Assembly: GCA_965218295.1 (NCBI GenBank)
Contig: CBDCKN010000003.1
Span: forward strand, 160,001-224,000
Reading direction: 5' to 3'
Origin: Longimicrobiales bacterium
Lineage (GTDB): Bacteria > Gemmatimonadota > Gemmatimonadetes > Longimicrobiales > Gaopeijiaceae
DNA: 64,000 bases
Positions 22,074 through 33,053 of the stretch are shown one piece after another. The stretch's first letter is position 1. Each line of letters starts with the position of its first letter. The notes below the pieces were generated by a model. It ran no database searches, was not told where the DNA came from, and saw nothing but the letters and a program-made list of their open reading frames with translations. A program made the translations under genes and the position numbers.

Positions 22074-24195
22074 CGTGGAGCATTTGTGGACTCCCGTCGA
22101 GCATTCGCGGACTCCTGGTGACCCTGGGGGCTTGGGCAGCGCTCGGCTGCGCCTCCGTGGTCGAGACGCCCCTTCCGGCCCCCCTGTCTCCCCCGGCCGC
22201 GTCTGTCCCCGCCGGTCTGCGTGCCGGATTCGGCGTCCGTGACATCACACCGCCCCCGGGAGTGGGGCTGAGCTCGTTCGCGGCAGACAGCCGGCAGGCG
22301 GTGGGGTACCGCCAGAGGCTCCACGCGCGGGCCATCCTCCTGGAGGACCGGTCCGGCGAGCGCATGGCCCTTGTCGTCGCGGACCTTGGGCAGGTTTCGA
22401 TACTCCTCCACCGGAGGGTCTCGGAGCGTACCCTGTCCTCGGGCACGGGAATTGGCGCCGACCGACTTCTGCTCTCGGCCACGCACACCCACTCCGGTCC
22501 GGGCAACTTCTTCGCGGCCGACGGGCTCAACGCAAACGCCGGTCGCTTCCCGGGGTTCGATCCCGACGTGACGGCCTTCGTCGTGGACGGGATCGCAGGC
22601 GCCATCGAGGACGCGGCCATGGATCTGAGGCCGGCGAGGGCCGGGTGGCGCTTCGAGCCTGTCTGGGACTTCACCTTCAACCGCAGCTATGAGGCGTATG
22701 AACGAAACAGCGCGCCTCGGGTGCCAGTGACCCCGGCCGCCGCTCGGCCCGGTCGAGCAGCAGGCCGTCGACTCCACCTTCGCGCTGCTGAGGGTCGACC
22801 GCTGCGACGACGCTTGGGAGAGCTGCAAGCCTTGGGGAGCGTACAGCGTATTCGCGATACACGGCGGGAACGTCCCCGCTTCGAACAACCTCTTCGACTC
22901 CGACGTCCATGGAGTCGTGGCTCGCTCCATGGAGCGTCACATCCTGGACGAGCGCGCAGAGCTCAGAGGTCCCGCATTCTTCCTCTTTGCCAATGGCGCC
23001 GAAGGAGACGTGGGCGCCAACCTCCGCGACCCGGTCCCCTGCCGGTATTACCGCTTCCTTCCGGAGCGCCGTGCCGCCGGTCCGAGGACCCTTCCGGCAG
23101 CCGAGGCGTGGCGAGCCCCTACCGATGAGGTCGAGGACTGCATGAGGCATGTACGCCACCGCGTGGATTCGTTGGGGTGGGCCCTGGGGGAGCGCGTGGC
23201 CGAGATCTACGACCGTGCCGAGGCTGGCCTCGCGGCCGATCTGAGCGTCGACCGTGCCTTCACGACCATCGACCTGCGGCGGTACCAGGGTCCTCATCCC
23301 ATCTGCTGGCCCCCTCGCGTCGGTGCATCGGCCGTGGGCGGCGCAGAGCGGGGATTCATCCGAACCTGGAAGCAGCGGGTCCTCTTCTTCGATCTCAACT
23401 TCGACGAGGGGGGGTCCGCCGCCCGAGAAGAGCCGAAGGGATGCTTCGGCCGAAAGAAGACGCAGCTCGGTGTCCTCGTGAAGGAGTACTCCCTGCCGCA
23501 GCTTCTTCAGCTGAGCGTCGTCCGGCTCGGGAACATGCTTCTGGGTACCGTTCCGGTGGAGCCGACCACCGAGGTGGGAGCGCTCCTTCGGGAGAGACTG
23601 CTCGCGGCAGGCCCCAGCGAGGCATCAAGGTCCGTCGTGGTAGGAGTGGCCAACGGCTACGCCCTCTACACCGCAAGCGCAGAAGGAGTACGACGCCCAG
23701 CACTACGAGGGCGGCTCCACGCTCTACGGGCCCAATACGGCGGAGATGCTGGCGTTCGAGCTGGGACAGCTGTCTGGGAGTCTGGCCGCGGGGCGGCCAA
23801 CGGTGAATGTGGGCCGCGCCAACGCCTACTACACCCACACGTCGACCCACTTCTGGTCCGCCGATCCGATTCCAGCCGGCTTCAAAAGAAGGATACTGGG
23901 GCTGGAGTGTGGGGCGGAGGAGGTTCGGATGCGGTGGCTCGACCTGAGGCCCGGCACGCTCGTTCCGAGCAGAAGCGCCGTCGTTCAGCTCGAGCGCGAG
24001 GGCACGGACGGGTGGGTCGTGACCGCTGGAGACGGTCATCCCGACACTCAGGTGAGAGCCCTGGAGCCGCGCGACGGCGGGTACGTCTGGGAGGCACGCT
24101 GGGTGCCGAGATCCGCCCCGCCGGGACGCTACCGCTTCCGGCTCCTGGCGAGGCAGGGTCTCCCGGAGACGCCCACCTCAGCCTGCTCGATGTAA
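22070..24195 (+). CDS. Neutral/alkaline ceramidase, frameshifted
   Basis: DITPPPG, RLHARA, SATHTHSGPG, FNRS, NGAEGDV, PVEPTTEVG, ANGY, YEGGSTLYGP. Confidence 0.8.
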
Positions 24196-24268
24196 CGGAC
24201 CCCCGCCGGGGATCGGATCTGCTCGGGCGACGATCGGATGTACCGGTCCGCCGGAAAGGAGCCGTACC

Positions 24269-25243
24269 TCAGCCGTAGCAGCCCGCAGTCCGCGCCCTTT
24301 GCCGGACGAGGGCCAGAACCACGTCGACGGTTGGTGTGGGAAGGTCGACGAGACGCCCCATCTCCTGAACGGCACTGACGAGGGCGTCGATCTCCATGGG
24401 CCGCCCCTTGTCCAGATCCTGCAGCATCGACGTCCGGTGGGCACCCACTGCGGCGGCCCCGTCGATGCGCTGATCCACGTCAACCTTGAAGCGAACGCCC
24501 ACCTTCTCGCCGATGGCCTGGGCCTCGAGCATCATGGCTCGGGCCACGCCCCGGGTGCCGGGATCCGTCGCGATCACATCCAACGTCTCCAGGGTGAGGG
24601 CGCTGATGGGGTTGAAGGTGAGGTTGCCCCAGAGCTTCACCCAGAGCTCGTCGCGGATGTCACGGACTGGCGCACGGAATCCTGCAGAGATGAGAGCTTG
24701 GCTCAACGCCTGAACGCGCTCGGTCTTGTCCCCCGTGGGCTCGCCCAGGGTGAAGCGATTGCCGTCCAGGTACCGGATGACGCCCGGCTCGGCCACTTCG
24801 GTGGCCGGATACACAACACATCCGATGGCCCGCTCCGGTCCGATCTTGTCCCACTGGGCGCCGCCCGGATCCACGCTCTCGAGCCGATGGTCCCTCCACT
24901 GCCCCTCGAGTCCGTAGAAGTACCACCACGGAACGCCATTGGTGGCCGTCACGACCGCGGTGTCCGGCGCCAGGAGCGGCTGCATGACGTCGACGACTCT
25001 ATGCACCGAGTGGGCCTTCAGCGTGACGATGACGTAGTCCTGAGGCCCCGCCTCGGCCGGATCGTCGGTGCAACACGGGTGGGCCACACGCTCTTCGCCG
25101 TCGATGAGCAGCTTGAGCCCGTTCTGCCGCATCGCCGCCAGGTGCGGCCCACGGGCGATGAGGGTGACGTCTTCGCCGGCCAGGGTCAGTTGCACGCCCA
25201 GATAGCCCCCGATGGCGCCAGCCCCGTAGATGCAGATCCGCAT
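24269..25243 (-). CDS. panE: 2-dehydropantoate 2-reductase family (PanE/PanE2-like)
   Basis: IYGAGAIGG, NGVPWWYF, WVKLWGNLTFNPISAL, TSMLQD. Confidence 0.9.
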   Translation of the reverse strand: MRICIYGAGAIGGYLGVQLTLAGEDVTLIARGPHLAAMRQNGLKLLIDGEERVAHPCCTDDPAEAGPQDYVIVTLKAHSVHRVVDVMQPLLAPDTAVVTATNGVPWWYFYGLEGQWRDHRLESVDPGGAQWDKIGPERAIGCVVYPATEVAEPGVIRYLDGNRFTLGEPTGDKTERVQALSQALISAGFRAPVRDIRDELWVKLWGNLTFNPISALTLETLDVIATDPGTRGVARAMMLEAQAIGEKVGVRFKVDVDQRIDGAAAVGAHRTSMLQDLDKGRPMEIDALVSAVQEMGRLVDLPTPTVDVVLALVRQRARTAGCYG

Positions 25244-25310
25244 CAGCCCATCTCCGGACCGTCAACGGAGATCCGCGGGCGGGTCGGCACCACCTCGACT
25301 CCGCCGATCC

Positions 25311-26837
25311 TCACGCCTCGATCCCCAGCTTCTCGGCCAGTCCGATGCGCTGCATTTTCCCGGTGGGTCCTTTGGGGATCTCGTCGAGGATGATGACCTT
25401 CCTGGGGCACTTGAAGTGCGCCAGTCGCGTGGCGGCGAACTCCCGGATCTCCTGAGATGTGGCGTCCATGCCCTCCCTGAGGACCACCGCCGCCGCCACC
25501 TCTTCCCCGAGCTTCTCGTGGGGCACGGCGAAGGTGACCACCTGCTGGATCGCGGCATGATCCATGAGCACGTCGTCGACCTCCCGCGGCGAGATCTTCT
25601 CACCGCCGCGGTTGATGAGCTCCTTTAGACGACCCGTAATGGTGAGGTATCCGTCTTCGTCCATGACGCCCTGGTCGCCCGTCCTGAACCACCCGCTCGT
25701 GAACGCCGTGGCGTTGGCGTCGGGGTTGTTCTCGTAGCCGTTCGAGACATTGGGTCCCTTGATCACCACCTCCCCCACCGAGCCTGCGGGCAGGAGGTCA
25801 CCCTCGGCATCCATGATCGACACCTCGGGTCCGGCGGCGACCCCCACGGTGCCCGCCTTCCGCTCGCCCGGTGGAAGTGGATTGCACGTCATCTGGTGCG
25901 ATGCCTCGGTCATGGCATACGCCTCCACCACGGGTGCGCCGAAGACCTCTTCGAGCTCGGCCATGACCTGCGGTGGGAGCGAGGAGGAAGAGGACCGGAT
26001 AAACCGGAGGCAAACCAGATCGATTAGCTCCTGATTCCGTCGCGCCCGCGCAAGGATCGCCTGATGCATCGTGGGCACGGCCGTGTAGTACGTCGGCCGC
26101 GCCTCGGCCAGCCACGCGAAGAACTTGAGTGCGTTGAAGCCGGGAGTACAGAAAATCGAGGCTCCGGCGCTCAGGGGAGACAGCATCGCCGCCATGAGGC
26201 CATGAATGTGGAACAGGGGCATGACGTTCATGCAGCGATCCTCATCGGTGAGCCTGAGGGTCCTCCGGATGTTGCCTGCCGATGCGCAGATGTTGCGCTG
26301 TGCCAGGGGGACGATCTTGGGCCGTGAAGTGGTTCCTGAAGTGTGCAGCACGAGGGCGATGTCGTCCTTCTCGGCCATCCCCCCTCGGAGGGCCGGTCCT
26401 CCGGGGCCATCGCCCACGAGCTCGAATGTGCCGGCCATCGCCCCGTCACCGACCCGCAGCTCCAGGACCGGCAGGCCGAGATCGGCGGCCGCGGCCACTG
26501 ACGGTGAGTCACTTCCCTCTTCGACGATGAGCGTCTTGGCACCGAGATCGGAGAGATAGAAGTCGTACTCCTGCCGTCGATAGGCCGGGTTGAGGGGCGC
26601 CGTGGCGGCACCCGCAGCCACCGAGAGGAAGGCCGAAGCCATCTCCGGACCGTTCGGAAGGACGATGGCCACCCGATCGTTGCGCCCGATCCCGCGCTCG
26701 TTCAAGGCGGCGACGGTGGCCTGGACGTGAAATCGTAGACCGGCATGTGTGAGGGCGGGCCGGGCCGGACAGGCGATAGCCACGTCCTCGTCGTGACCCG
26801 GCGACAGGAGCTCCCAAACGGTGGTGAAGTCCGACAC
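25311..26837 (-). CDS. Acyl-CoA synthetase, oxalate--CoA ligase (AAE3/Pcs60)-like
   Basis: LHTSGTTSRPKIVPL, MPLFHIHGL, YTAVPTMHQ, RFIRSSS, EAYAMTEASHQM, INRGGEKISP, TGKMQR. Confidence 0.85.
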   Translation of the reverse strand: MSDFTTVWELLSPGHDEDVAIACPARPALTHAGLRFHVQATVAALNERGIGRNDRVAIVLPNGPEMASAFLSVAAGAATAPLNPAYRRQEYDFYLSDLGAKTLIVEEGSDSPSVAAAADLGLPVLELRVGDGAMAGTFELVGDGPGGPALRGGMAEKDDIALVLHTSGTTSRPKIVPLAQRNICASAGNIRRTLRLTDEDRCMNVMPLFHIHGLMAAMLSPLSAGASIFCTPGFNALKFFAWLAEARPTYYTAVPTMHQAILARARRNQELIDLVCLRFIRSSSSSLPPQVMAELEEVFGAPVVEAYAMTEASHQMTCNPLPPGERKAGTVGVAAGPEVSIMDAEGDLLPAGSVGEVVIKGPNVSNGYENNPDANATAFTSGWFRTGDQGVMDEDGYLTITGRLKELINRGGEKISPREVDDVLMDHAAIQQVVTFAVPHEKLGEEVAAAVVLREGMDATSQEIREFAATRLAHFKCPRKVIILDEIPKGPTGKMQRIGLAEKLGIEA

Positions 26838-26969
26838 TGCCCCTCCCCGAAGTGTTATTGACGGCCAGGCAGTTTAAGGAAGGTTGGACCCGATGGCCAT
26901 TCGGGGGTCGGACGGGGATTCGGTCGCTCAGCTCCGGGAGATTCGTCGGGTTGCACCGAAGGCGGGACC

Positions 26970-26984
26970 TGTCAAATATTGACA
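26970..26984. promoter_or_regulatory. Palindrome TGTCAA-ATA-TTGACA between divergent genes
   Basis: Perfect 6-3-6 inverted repeat giving TTGACA on both strands. Confidence 0.45.
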
Positions 26985-27018
26985 TGGTGGAAGCCCCCCC
27001 AGGGACATCCCACATGAG

Positions 27019-27552
27019 GTGCGGATGGCCCTGTTCAAGAAGAAGGTCGAGCTAAACCGCTTCCTGCACCATACGATCGCCGCCACCTTCGCCGGTGGGT
27101 TCCCCATGGCGCAAGTCGATCCCGCGTACGTGCTCACAGCGGTAAATCGGATCAGGGCGGCGGAGATCCTGCGCGTCAGATCGCTGGTGGCCCACTACTT
27201 CGCCCTGGTCACACGTGTGGGCGAAGGCGTCCCCGTCGACACTCCGGAGCTCGGGCGCCGCTATCAGGACGCCCTCTGGCACGTGCTCGTGGAGTCCACC
27301 AGGTCACGGGCGGAGGCCGAAGTGCTCGCGCTGCAGTGGGAAAGGGGCGTACGTGAGGTTCTCATCCGCATCGAAGACGGGTCCGTACAGGACTCCGCCC
27401 TCGCCGAGGTCTCGGCCGCCACGGTGCGCATCCTCAAGAGCGCCTTGGAGACCGACGATGACGAGTACTGCCGGAAGGCCGCCGGAATGGTCACGGAGCA
27501 CTCGGTCCAAGCACTCTCCTTCGCGCTGACCGAGGTGAAACTGGTGTCCTGA
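27019..27552 (+). CDS. Hypothetical protein
   Basis: 177-aa ORF with host-like codon pattern; no family recognised. Confidence 0.6.
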   Translation: MRMALFKKKVELNRFLHHTIAATFAGGFPMAQVDPAYVLTAVNRIRAAEILRVRSLVAHYFALVTRVGEGVPVDTPELGRRYQDALWHVLVESTRSRAEAEVLALQWERGVREVLIRIEDGSVQDSALAEVSAATVRILKSALETDDDEYCRKAAGMVTEHSVQALSFALTEVKLVS

Positions 27553-27560
27553 GCAGGACT

Positions 27561-27947
27561 CTAACGGACTCCCTCGAGCCGCTCCTCGATATGACCTATC
27601 AGCACCTCGGGTTCCACCGGCTTGGCGAGGAACGTATGGCCACCAATGGGATGCCCCTGACCCCTGATCTCCTTCTCTTTGATGATGGCCGTCAGGAAGA
27701 TGATAGGTACATCTCGTAGCTCGGCATCCTCCCCGAGCTCCTGGGCGATGGCGCCACCATCCGCATCCGGCATGACGATGTCCAGAACGATGAGATCGGG
27801 TCGGAAGTCTCGGACTACTTCAACAGCAAGAGATCCCCGGTTCTCCGTCCTCACCTCATACCCACCCGTACGGTCCAAAAAGAGTTTGAGCGTACGGGTG
27901 ATGCTCTCCTCGTCGTCTACGAGCAGAATCCTCTTCTTGCTGTCCAT
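27561..27947 (-). CDS. Single-domain response regulator (REC)
   Basis: ILLVDDE, DLIVLDIVMP, FLTA, KP. Confidence 0.92.
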   Translation of the reverse strand: MDSKKRILLVDDEESITRTLKLFLDRTGGYEVRTENRGSLAVEVVRDFRPDLIVLDIVMPDADGGAIAQELGEDAELRDVPIIFLTAIIKEKEIRGQGHPIGGHTFLAKPVEPEVLIGHIEERLEGVR

Positions 27948-27949
27948 TC

Positions 27950-29171
27950 TCAGGACCCTCCGGTGTCCGGTCTGAATATGAGCCTGCCGAGCACGCCCGA
28001 CTCGCTGTTCTGAAGGTCGAGCGTGCCTCCGTGCATTTCCATGATTTGACGCGAGACCGCGAGCCCCAAGCCCGTGCCCTGCCCAGCGGGCTTCGTCGTG
28101 AAGAACGGATCGAATATCTTGCTCAAGCTGTCTGGCGGGATTCCGGGCCCCGTGTCTTGAACCTCGATCATGACACCCTGCGGGACCTCCTCGGTGTCTC
28201 CATCAAGGATGGTTCTCACCGTCAGTGTCCCACCTCCGGACATCGCATGAATCGCATTCGTGAACAGGTTGACCAGCACCTGTTGCACCTTATAGCCGTC
28301 GATCGTGAGCGGCGGGAGATCCTCCGCGAAGTCCCGTGTGACCGCGATACGCTCCTTGTCACACTCGTGTTTCACGAAGAGTAGGGTCCTTTCCACCAAC
28401 TTGTTCACTTCTTCGTCCTTCAGAACCAGCTCTCGGGCCCGGGAGTAGTCCAGGACGGAGTCCCTTGATCACAGAGTCCGCCCTCCTGACCGCCAACAAC
28501 ATGTCATTAAGGAGCTGTTTGACGTCATCCTCCTCCGGAGGAGCGAATTCCCTCAGGTATTGGACCCCCGTGAGCAACGTCATCAAGGGGTTCTTTACCT
28601 CGTGGGCCACACCGGTAGCGAGGAGGCCGATCGACTCGAGCTTCTCGGCATGGATCAGTTGGAGTTGTGCAGACTTGTGAGCTTCGTGAGACGCTTGAAG
28701 CACCACATACGCCTCCTGTAATTCCTTTTCCTTCGCCCTCAACTCGCGGACCGTCGCCTGCACCTCGGAGATCCAGCCACTCCCCAAGGCGATCGCGATG
28801 TACGCGCTGATCACCGGGAGAAGGGCCGGCCATTCCTCAACGGGCAGACTGAACGTGTACCCGACGAGATATGTGGACCAGAGAAGGGCCATCCCCACAG
28901 CCAACGCTATGCCTACATTCTTCCAGGATTTGTGATAGGCCAAGAGCAGTGCGGGTACGAGGGCCAACGACCAGAGCAGGTCTCGACTCTCGTCGAGCGA
29001 ATCACTGAAGAGGGTAGCGGCGAACACAGCAACCAGCAGCGCCCCGAGGGAGATGAAGAGCCCTCTCCAGGGCACTGATTTGCCAGACGACCCGAATTTC
29101 TCGGCAGTAGGGGGGAACAGCCTAATCACTGTGCGCCTTGTGCTCTGGATGGACGCCGACTTCACGCGCAC
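27950..29171 (-). CDS. Membrane sensor histidine kinase (NtrB-like), frameshift near 28450
   Basis: AHEVKNPL H-box; QVLVNLFTNA, DTGPG, FFTTK, GTGLGL. Confidence 0.88.
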
Positions 29172-29266
29172 ATAGTGTTCCTGTCATTCCCACAAGTTGC
29201 CGGTGGCCAGCACGGAACCGCAACAGCGGGAGTGTCGCCGCAGGGGCTGCCTCGGTCGACCCGGCG

Positions 29267-30499
29267 TCAGTCGACCCAGCGCCAGAGCAGCAGTGCCGCC
29301 ACAAGGGAGAGGCCACTACCGAAGAGGAAGGGGGCGGCAGGGCCAAAGCCGGACCAATCCCCCACCCCCTGCCAGAGAGCGCCCGCGATCACGCTGGCCG
29401 GCAGAGCCGTGAGACCGATGGCGCCGTTGTAGGCTCCGTAGGCCGAGCCCCTGCGCTCGGGCTCCGGCACCAGATCCGCCACGTAGGCTTTCGCCACTCC
29501 CTCCGTCAGGGCGTAGTACGCCCCGTAAAGGGCGTAGAGCACACCGAAGTGCCACGTCCGGTCCGCCATGGCGAAGCCCAGGTACACGCCACCGTACAGC
29601 AACCATCCCCCGATGATGACCTTGCGCCGGTCCATCCGGTCGGAGAGGGCGCCCACGGGACCTGCGAGCACCGTGTAGACGAGGTTGAAGCCGGCCAGCA
29701 GGGCGAGGATCGCCAGCACCGATGCGCCGCCGCTCTGGGCTCGAAGGATGAGGAACGCGTCGGTGCTGTTGCCCAGGGTGAAGAGCGTCATCACCACCAG
29801 GAATCGCTTGAAACGGGGGTCGACCCCCCGAAAGCTGATGCGGGGGAGTGTCGCGGGCCGATCCGTCACGACCTCTTTCACACCCACCGCCACGACCAGG
29901 GCGGCGAGGCCTGCGGGGACCATGGCCCACGTCACGATGGCCCGGAAGGTCTCCTGGTCCAAGGAGACGCTCCCCCCCTGGATCCGCCAGACGAAGGCGA
30001 TGGCCAGAAGCAGTCCCAGGAAGGCTCCCGCACTGTCCGCCGCCCGGTGCAAGCCGAAGCTCGCCCCTCGTTGGTGCGTCTCTACCGAGTCGGCGATGAG
30101 GGCATCGCGGGGAGCCGTTCGGATGCCCTTCCCCATGCGGTCCAAGAACCGGTACAGAAGGACCACCGGCCAGGTCCGGGCGATGAGCAGCAACGGCATG
30201 GCCAGCGCCGCCACGCCGTACCCTCCCACGGTCAGCCCCTTCCGGCGGCCCAGCTTATCGGACAGCCAGCCCGAGTAGATCTTCATGAGGCTGGCTGTCG
30301 TCTCCGCCACCCCCTCGATGAGGCCGATGACGGCGATCCGCACGCTCAGGACGTTGGCAAGGAAGAGCGGCAGAAGGTGGACGAGCATCTCACTGGCGAT
30401 GTCCCTGAGAAAGCTCGTCAGAGAGAGCACCCAGACGTTCCTGGGTAGGGCGCGGGTCTCGGACGTGGTGGGCCTTCCTTTCCGGCTCCGGGCGGTCAC
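29267..30499 (-). CDS. MFS transporter
   Basis: DIASEM, SDKLGRRK, GKGIRTAPRDALIAD, 12-TM pattern. Confidence 0.9.
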   Translation of the reverse strand: MTARSRKGRPTTSETRALPRNVWVLSLTSFLRDIASEMLVHLLPLFLANVLSVRIAVIGLIEGVAETTASLMKIYSGWLSDKLGRRKGLTVGGYGVAALAMPLLLIARTWPVVLLYRFLDRMGKGIRTAPRDALIADSVETHQRGASFGLHRAADSAGAFLGLLLAIAFVWRIQGGSVSLDQETFRAIVTWAMVPAGLAALVVAVGVKEVVTDRPATLPRISFRGVDPRFKRFLVVMTLFTLGNSTDAFLILRAQSGGASVLAILALLAGFNLVYTVLAGPVGALSDRMDRRKVIIGGWLLYGGVYLGFAMADRTWHFGVLYALYGAYYALTEGVAKAYVADLVPEPERRGSAYGAYNGAIGLTALPASVIAGALWQGVGDWSGFGPAAPFLFGSGLSLVAALLLWRWVD

Positions 30500-30550
30500 C
30501 CGCCGGTGACCAAGCTACGCCCCGATCCCGAATCGAGTGGAGTTCAGGGG

Positions 30551-32227
30551 CTACTCCACGCCGTCCATCAGCTTATTCACGCCCGGGCTGACCAGGAGGG
30601 CAAGCAGGCCCGTTACACCGGCGAAGATCGCGGTGTTCGTGAAGATCGTTAAAGCCGCAAGAGTTTCGAGCTGCGCGGCCACAAGCCCAGCCACCAGGTT
30701 GCCCAGCGCCGCGGCGATGAACCAGACGCCCATCATCTGTCCCAGCCGGCCGTGCGGTGCGAGCTTGGTCATCGCCGAGAGTCCGATAGGCGACAGCGCG
30801 AGTTCTCCGCACGTGAAGAGGAAATAGGTGACGACGAGCCAGGCCATCGACACACGGTTTCCGTCAGACGCGTACGACGCGCCCCAAGCCAAAACGAACA
30901 AGCCCGCCGCCAGGCCAATCAGGCCAAGCGCGAACTTCCGCGGCGTCGACGGGTTCCTGTCGCGATACGCGAACCAGGTCCACAAGGAGCCGAAGACCGG
31001 CGCCAGCACGATGATGAAGAACGGGTTCACGTTCTGGAGCCACCCGGTGGGTATCTCCCAGCCGAAGAGGACACGGTTCGTGTCACGTTCGGCAAACAGG
31101 TTCATCGACGAGCCGGCCTGTTCGAACCCAGCCCAGAAGACGGCTGCCAGCAGAAACAGCCAGTAGATGACCATCAGGCGCTTCTGGTCGGTCGTGACCT
31201 CGGCGCCCCGGAAGATCAGCAGGCCGACGCACATTACAACGAACGTGCCGAGCGTGCCGACAGCGGCCCATTGTCCTCCATCGATGCCCATGCCGGGCAC
31301 CAGAGCTGCGCTCAGGACAGCGAACAGGATCAGCAGGGGGGTCGCCCACCTGACGCCGAAGATGAGATACGCGAAAAACAGGATCGACAGCAGCACGATG
31401 CCGTAAGCGATCCATGTGGCAAAGACCACGATGGTCATGCCGAGCGCGTCCGTCGCCAGCAAGAAGACCACGAGGGCTGCCACCGCCGCGACGGCGCCGG
31501 CCGAGAGGTAAAAGATCCGCCGGCGTCGATCGATCTCGTCTTCGGGGGCATCCGGCCTGAACAGGCCGGCTTCGCCCAGATACTTGTCGCCCCTCCGGTA
31601 TTGGATCAGCCCGAGCACCATGCCGAACCCCGCCGCCGAGAAGCCCCAGTGCCAGTTGACCAGCTCGCCGAGCGTGCTGCAGACGAACGGCCCCAGCATC
31701 GCCCCGATGTTGATGCCCATATAGAAGATCGAAAAGGCCGCGTCACGATTTGCGCCCCACACCTTGCGGTCATGCTCTGTCGCGTCATCGCCCAACTTCG
31801 GATAGAGGTCGCCGACCATCGTGCTGACGTTCGGCTTGAGCAGCCCCGTGCCAATGACGATGAAGAGCAGGCCCAGGAAGAACGACGGAACCTCGGGCGC
31901 GCCGACGAGCGGCGCCGCGAGCGTAAAGTGGCCTGTCGCGATGATCACGCCCCCAACGAAGACAGCCTTTCGCTGTCCCCACAAGTTGTCGGCCACCCAC
32001 CCACCGGGCAGCGTGAACAGGTACACCATCGAAGTGTACAGCCCGTAGATGGCGCCAGACGTACTGTCGCCGAAGCCCAGACCGGGATTGGCGGTGCCGA
32101 CCGCCGCGGTCATAAACAGAACCAGGAGCGCACGCATCCCGTAGTACGAGAAGCGCTCCCACATCTCGGTGAAGAAGAGCGTGGCCAGCCCTCTCGGCTG
32201 CCCGAAGAACGTCTTTTGGTCGATCAC
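30551..32227 (-). CDS. POT-family di/tripeptide:H+ symporter (DtpT-like)
   Basis: EMWERFSYYGMR, GTGLLKPN, FYMGINIG, ELALSPIG. Confidence 0.93.
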   Translation of the reverse strand: MIDQKTFFGQPRGLATLFFTEMWERFSYYGMRALLVLFMTAAVGTANPGLGFGDSTSGAIYGLYTSMVYLFTLPGGWVADNLWGQRKAVFVGGVIIATGHFTLAAPLVGAPEVPSFFLGLLFIVIGTGLLKPNVSTMVGDLYPKLGDDATEHDRKVWGANRDAAFSIFYMGINIGAMLGPFVCSTLGELVNWHWGFSAAGFGMVLGLIQYRRGDKYLGEAGLFRPDAPEDEIDRRRRIFYLSAGAVAAVAALVVFLLATDALGMTIVVFATWIAYGIVLLSILFFAYLIFGVRWATPLLILFAVLSAALVPGMGIDGGQWAAVGTLGTFVVMCVGLLIFRGAEVTTDQKRLMVIYWLFLLAAVFWAGFEQAGSSMNLFAERDTNRVLFGWEIPTGWLQNVNPFFIIVLAPVFGSLWTWFAYRDRNPSTPRKFALGLIGLAAGLFVLAWGASYASDGNRVSMAWLVVTYFLFTCGELALSPIGLSAMTKLAPHGRLGQMMGVWFIAAALGNLVAGLVAAQLETLAALTIFTNTAIFAGVTGLLALLVSPGVNKLMDGVE

Positions 32228-32340
32228 CTGAGCTCCGGCCGAGTACTTGGAAGTCGCGCTCAAGACCGCTCTAGGTCTGTGGGCGGAACTCTCTATCTCG
32301 GGGTTCTTCTTGCTCCTGGCAAGGGCGCGTAGCTTGCTCC

Positions 32341-32460
32341 ATGCCTTCCCGCCTACCAAGCAACGTTTGGGTTCTGTCGCACGAGCCTCCTGCGCGACAT
32401 CGCGAGCGAGATGCTCGTCCACCTTCTGCCGCTGTTCCTGGCCAAGGTGCTTGGGGAGAC
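32341..32460 (+). pseudogene. Remnant of a paralogue of the 29267-30499 MFS N-terminus, inverted
   Basis: Encodes LPSNVWVLS / LRDIASEMLVHLLPLFLAKVL; shares gagatgctcgtccaccttctgccgct exactly with the reverse complement of the MFS 5' region. Confidence 0.75.
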
Positions 32461-32524
32461 GACCTTCGTCGCGGGCAACGCACTGCTTGCCACTCCTCTC
32501 AGCGACCCGCCATCTTCGGGGCCA

Positions 32525-32940
32525 TGTCTCATGAACCCGAGCGGCGGTCGCGACCGCACGAGTTGAAGCTCCACGTGGGCGAGGAGCACATCGACGGTCT
32601 CGGTCACGTGAACAACGTGGTGTACCTGTCTTGGATCCAGGACGTGGCCACGGATCACTGGCTGAGTGTCGCGAGTCCGGAGCAGAGTGCGGAGACCGTT
32701 TGGGTCGTCTTGCGGCACGAGATCGACTACGAGCGACCGGCCTATCTCGGAGACGAGATCATCGCCCGAACCTGGGTCGGCGACGCCACGCCCACGACCT
32801 GGAACCGCCACACCGAGATCCTCCGGGAGGCCGACGGCCAACTGTTGGCTCGAGCGAAGAGCGTCTACTGCCCGTTGAACGCTGGATCCATGCGGCCTCG
32901 CCGCCTCGACGCGGCCCTTCGGGAGCCGTTCTACCGCTAG
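32525..32940 (+). CDS. Acyl-CoA thioesterase (YbgC/FadM, hot-dog fold)
   Basis: IDGLGHVNNVVY, RHEIDY. Confidence 0.88.
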
Positions 32941-32971
32941 TGTTCCGTTTTCGAAGTTCGCGAGCCACCAA
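32937..32971. repeat. Single terminal fragment (35 bp) of the IS630-like MITE
   Basis: CTAGTGTTCCGTTTTCGAAGTTCGCGAGCCACCAA, 34/35 identical to 14217-14251; its TAG is the thioesterase stop codon. Confidence 0.85.
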
Positions 32972-33053
32972 TCATGATTCGTCGCCCGCCCGGTGGCCCC
33001 TCTCCCTTCCAGTAGTCCCTCGGCGATGCCGTCGCCTCTCCGCGGGCCGACCC

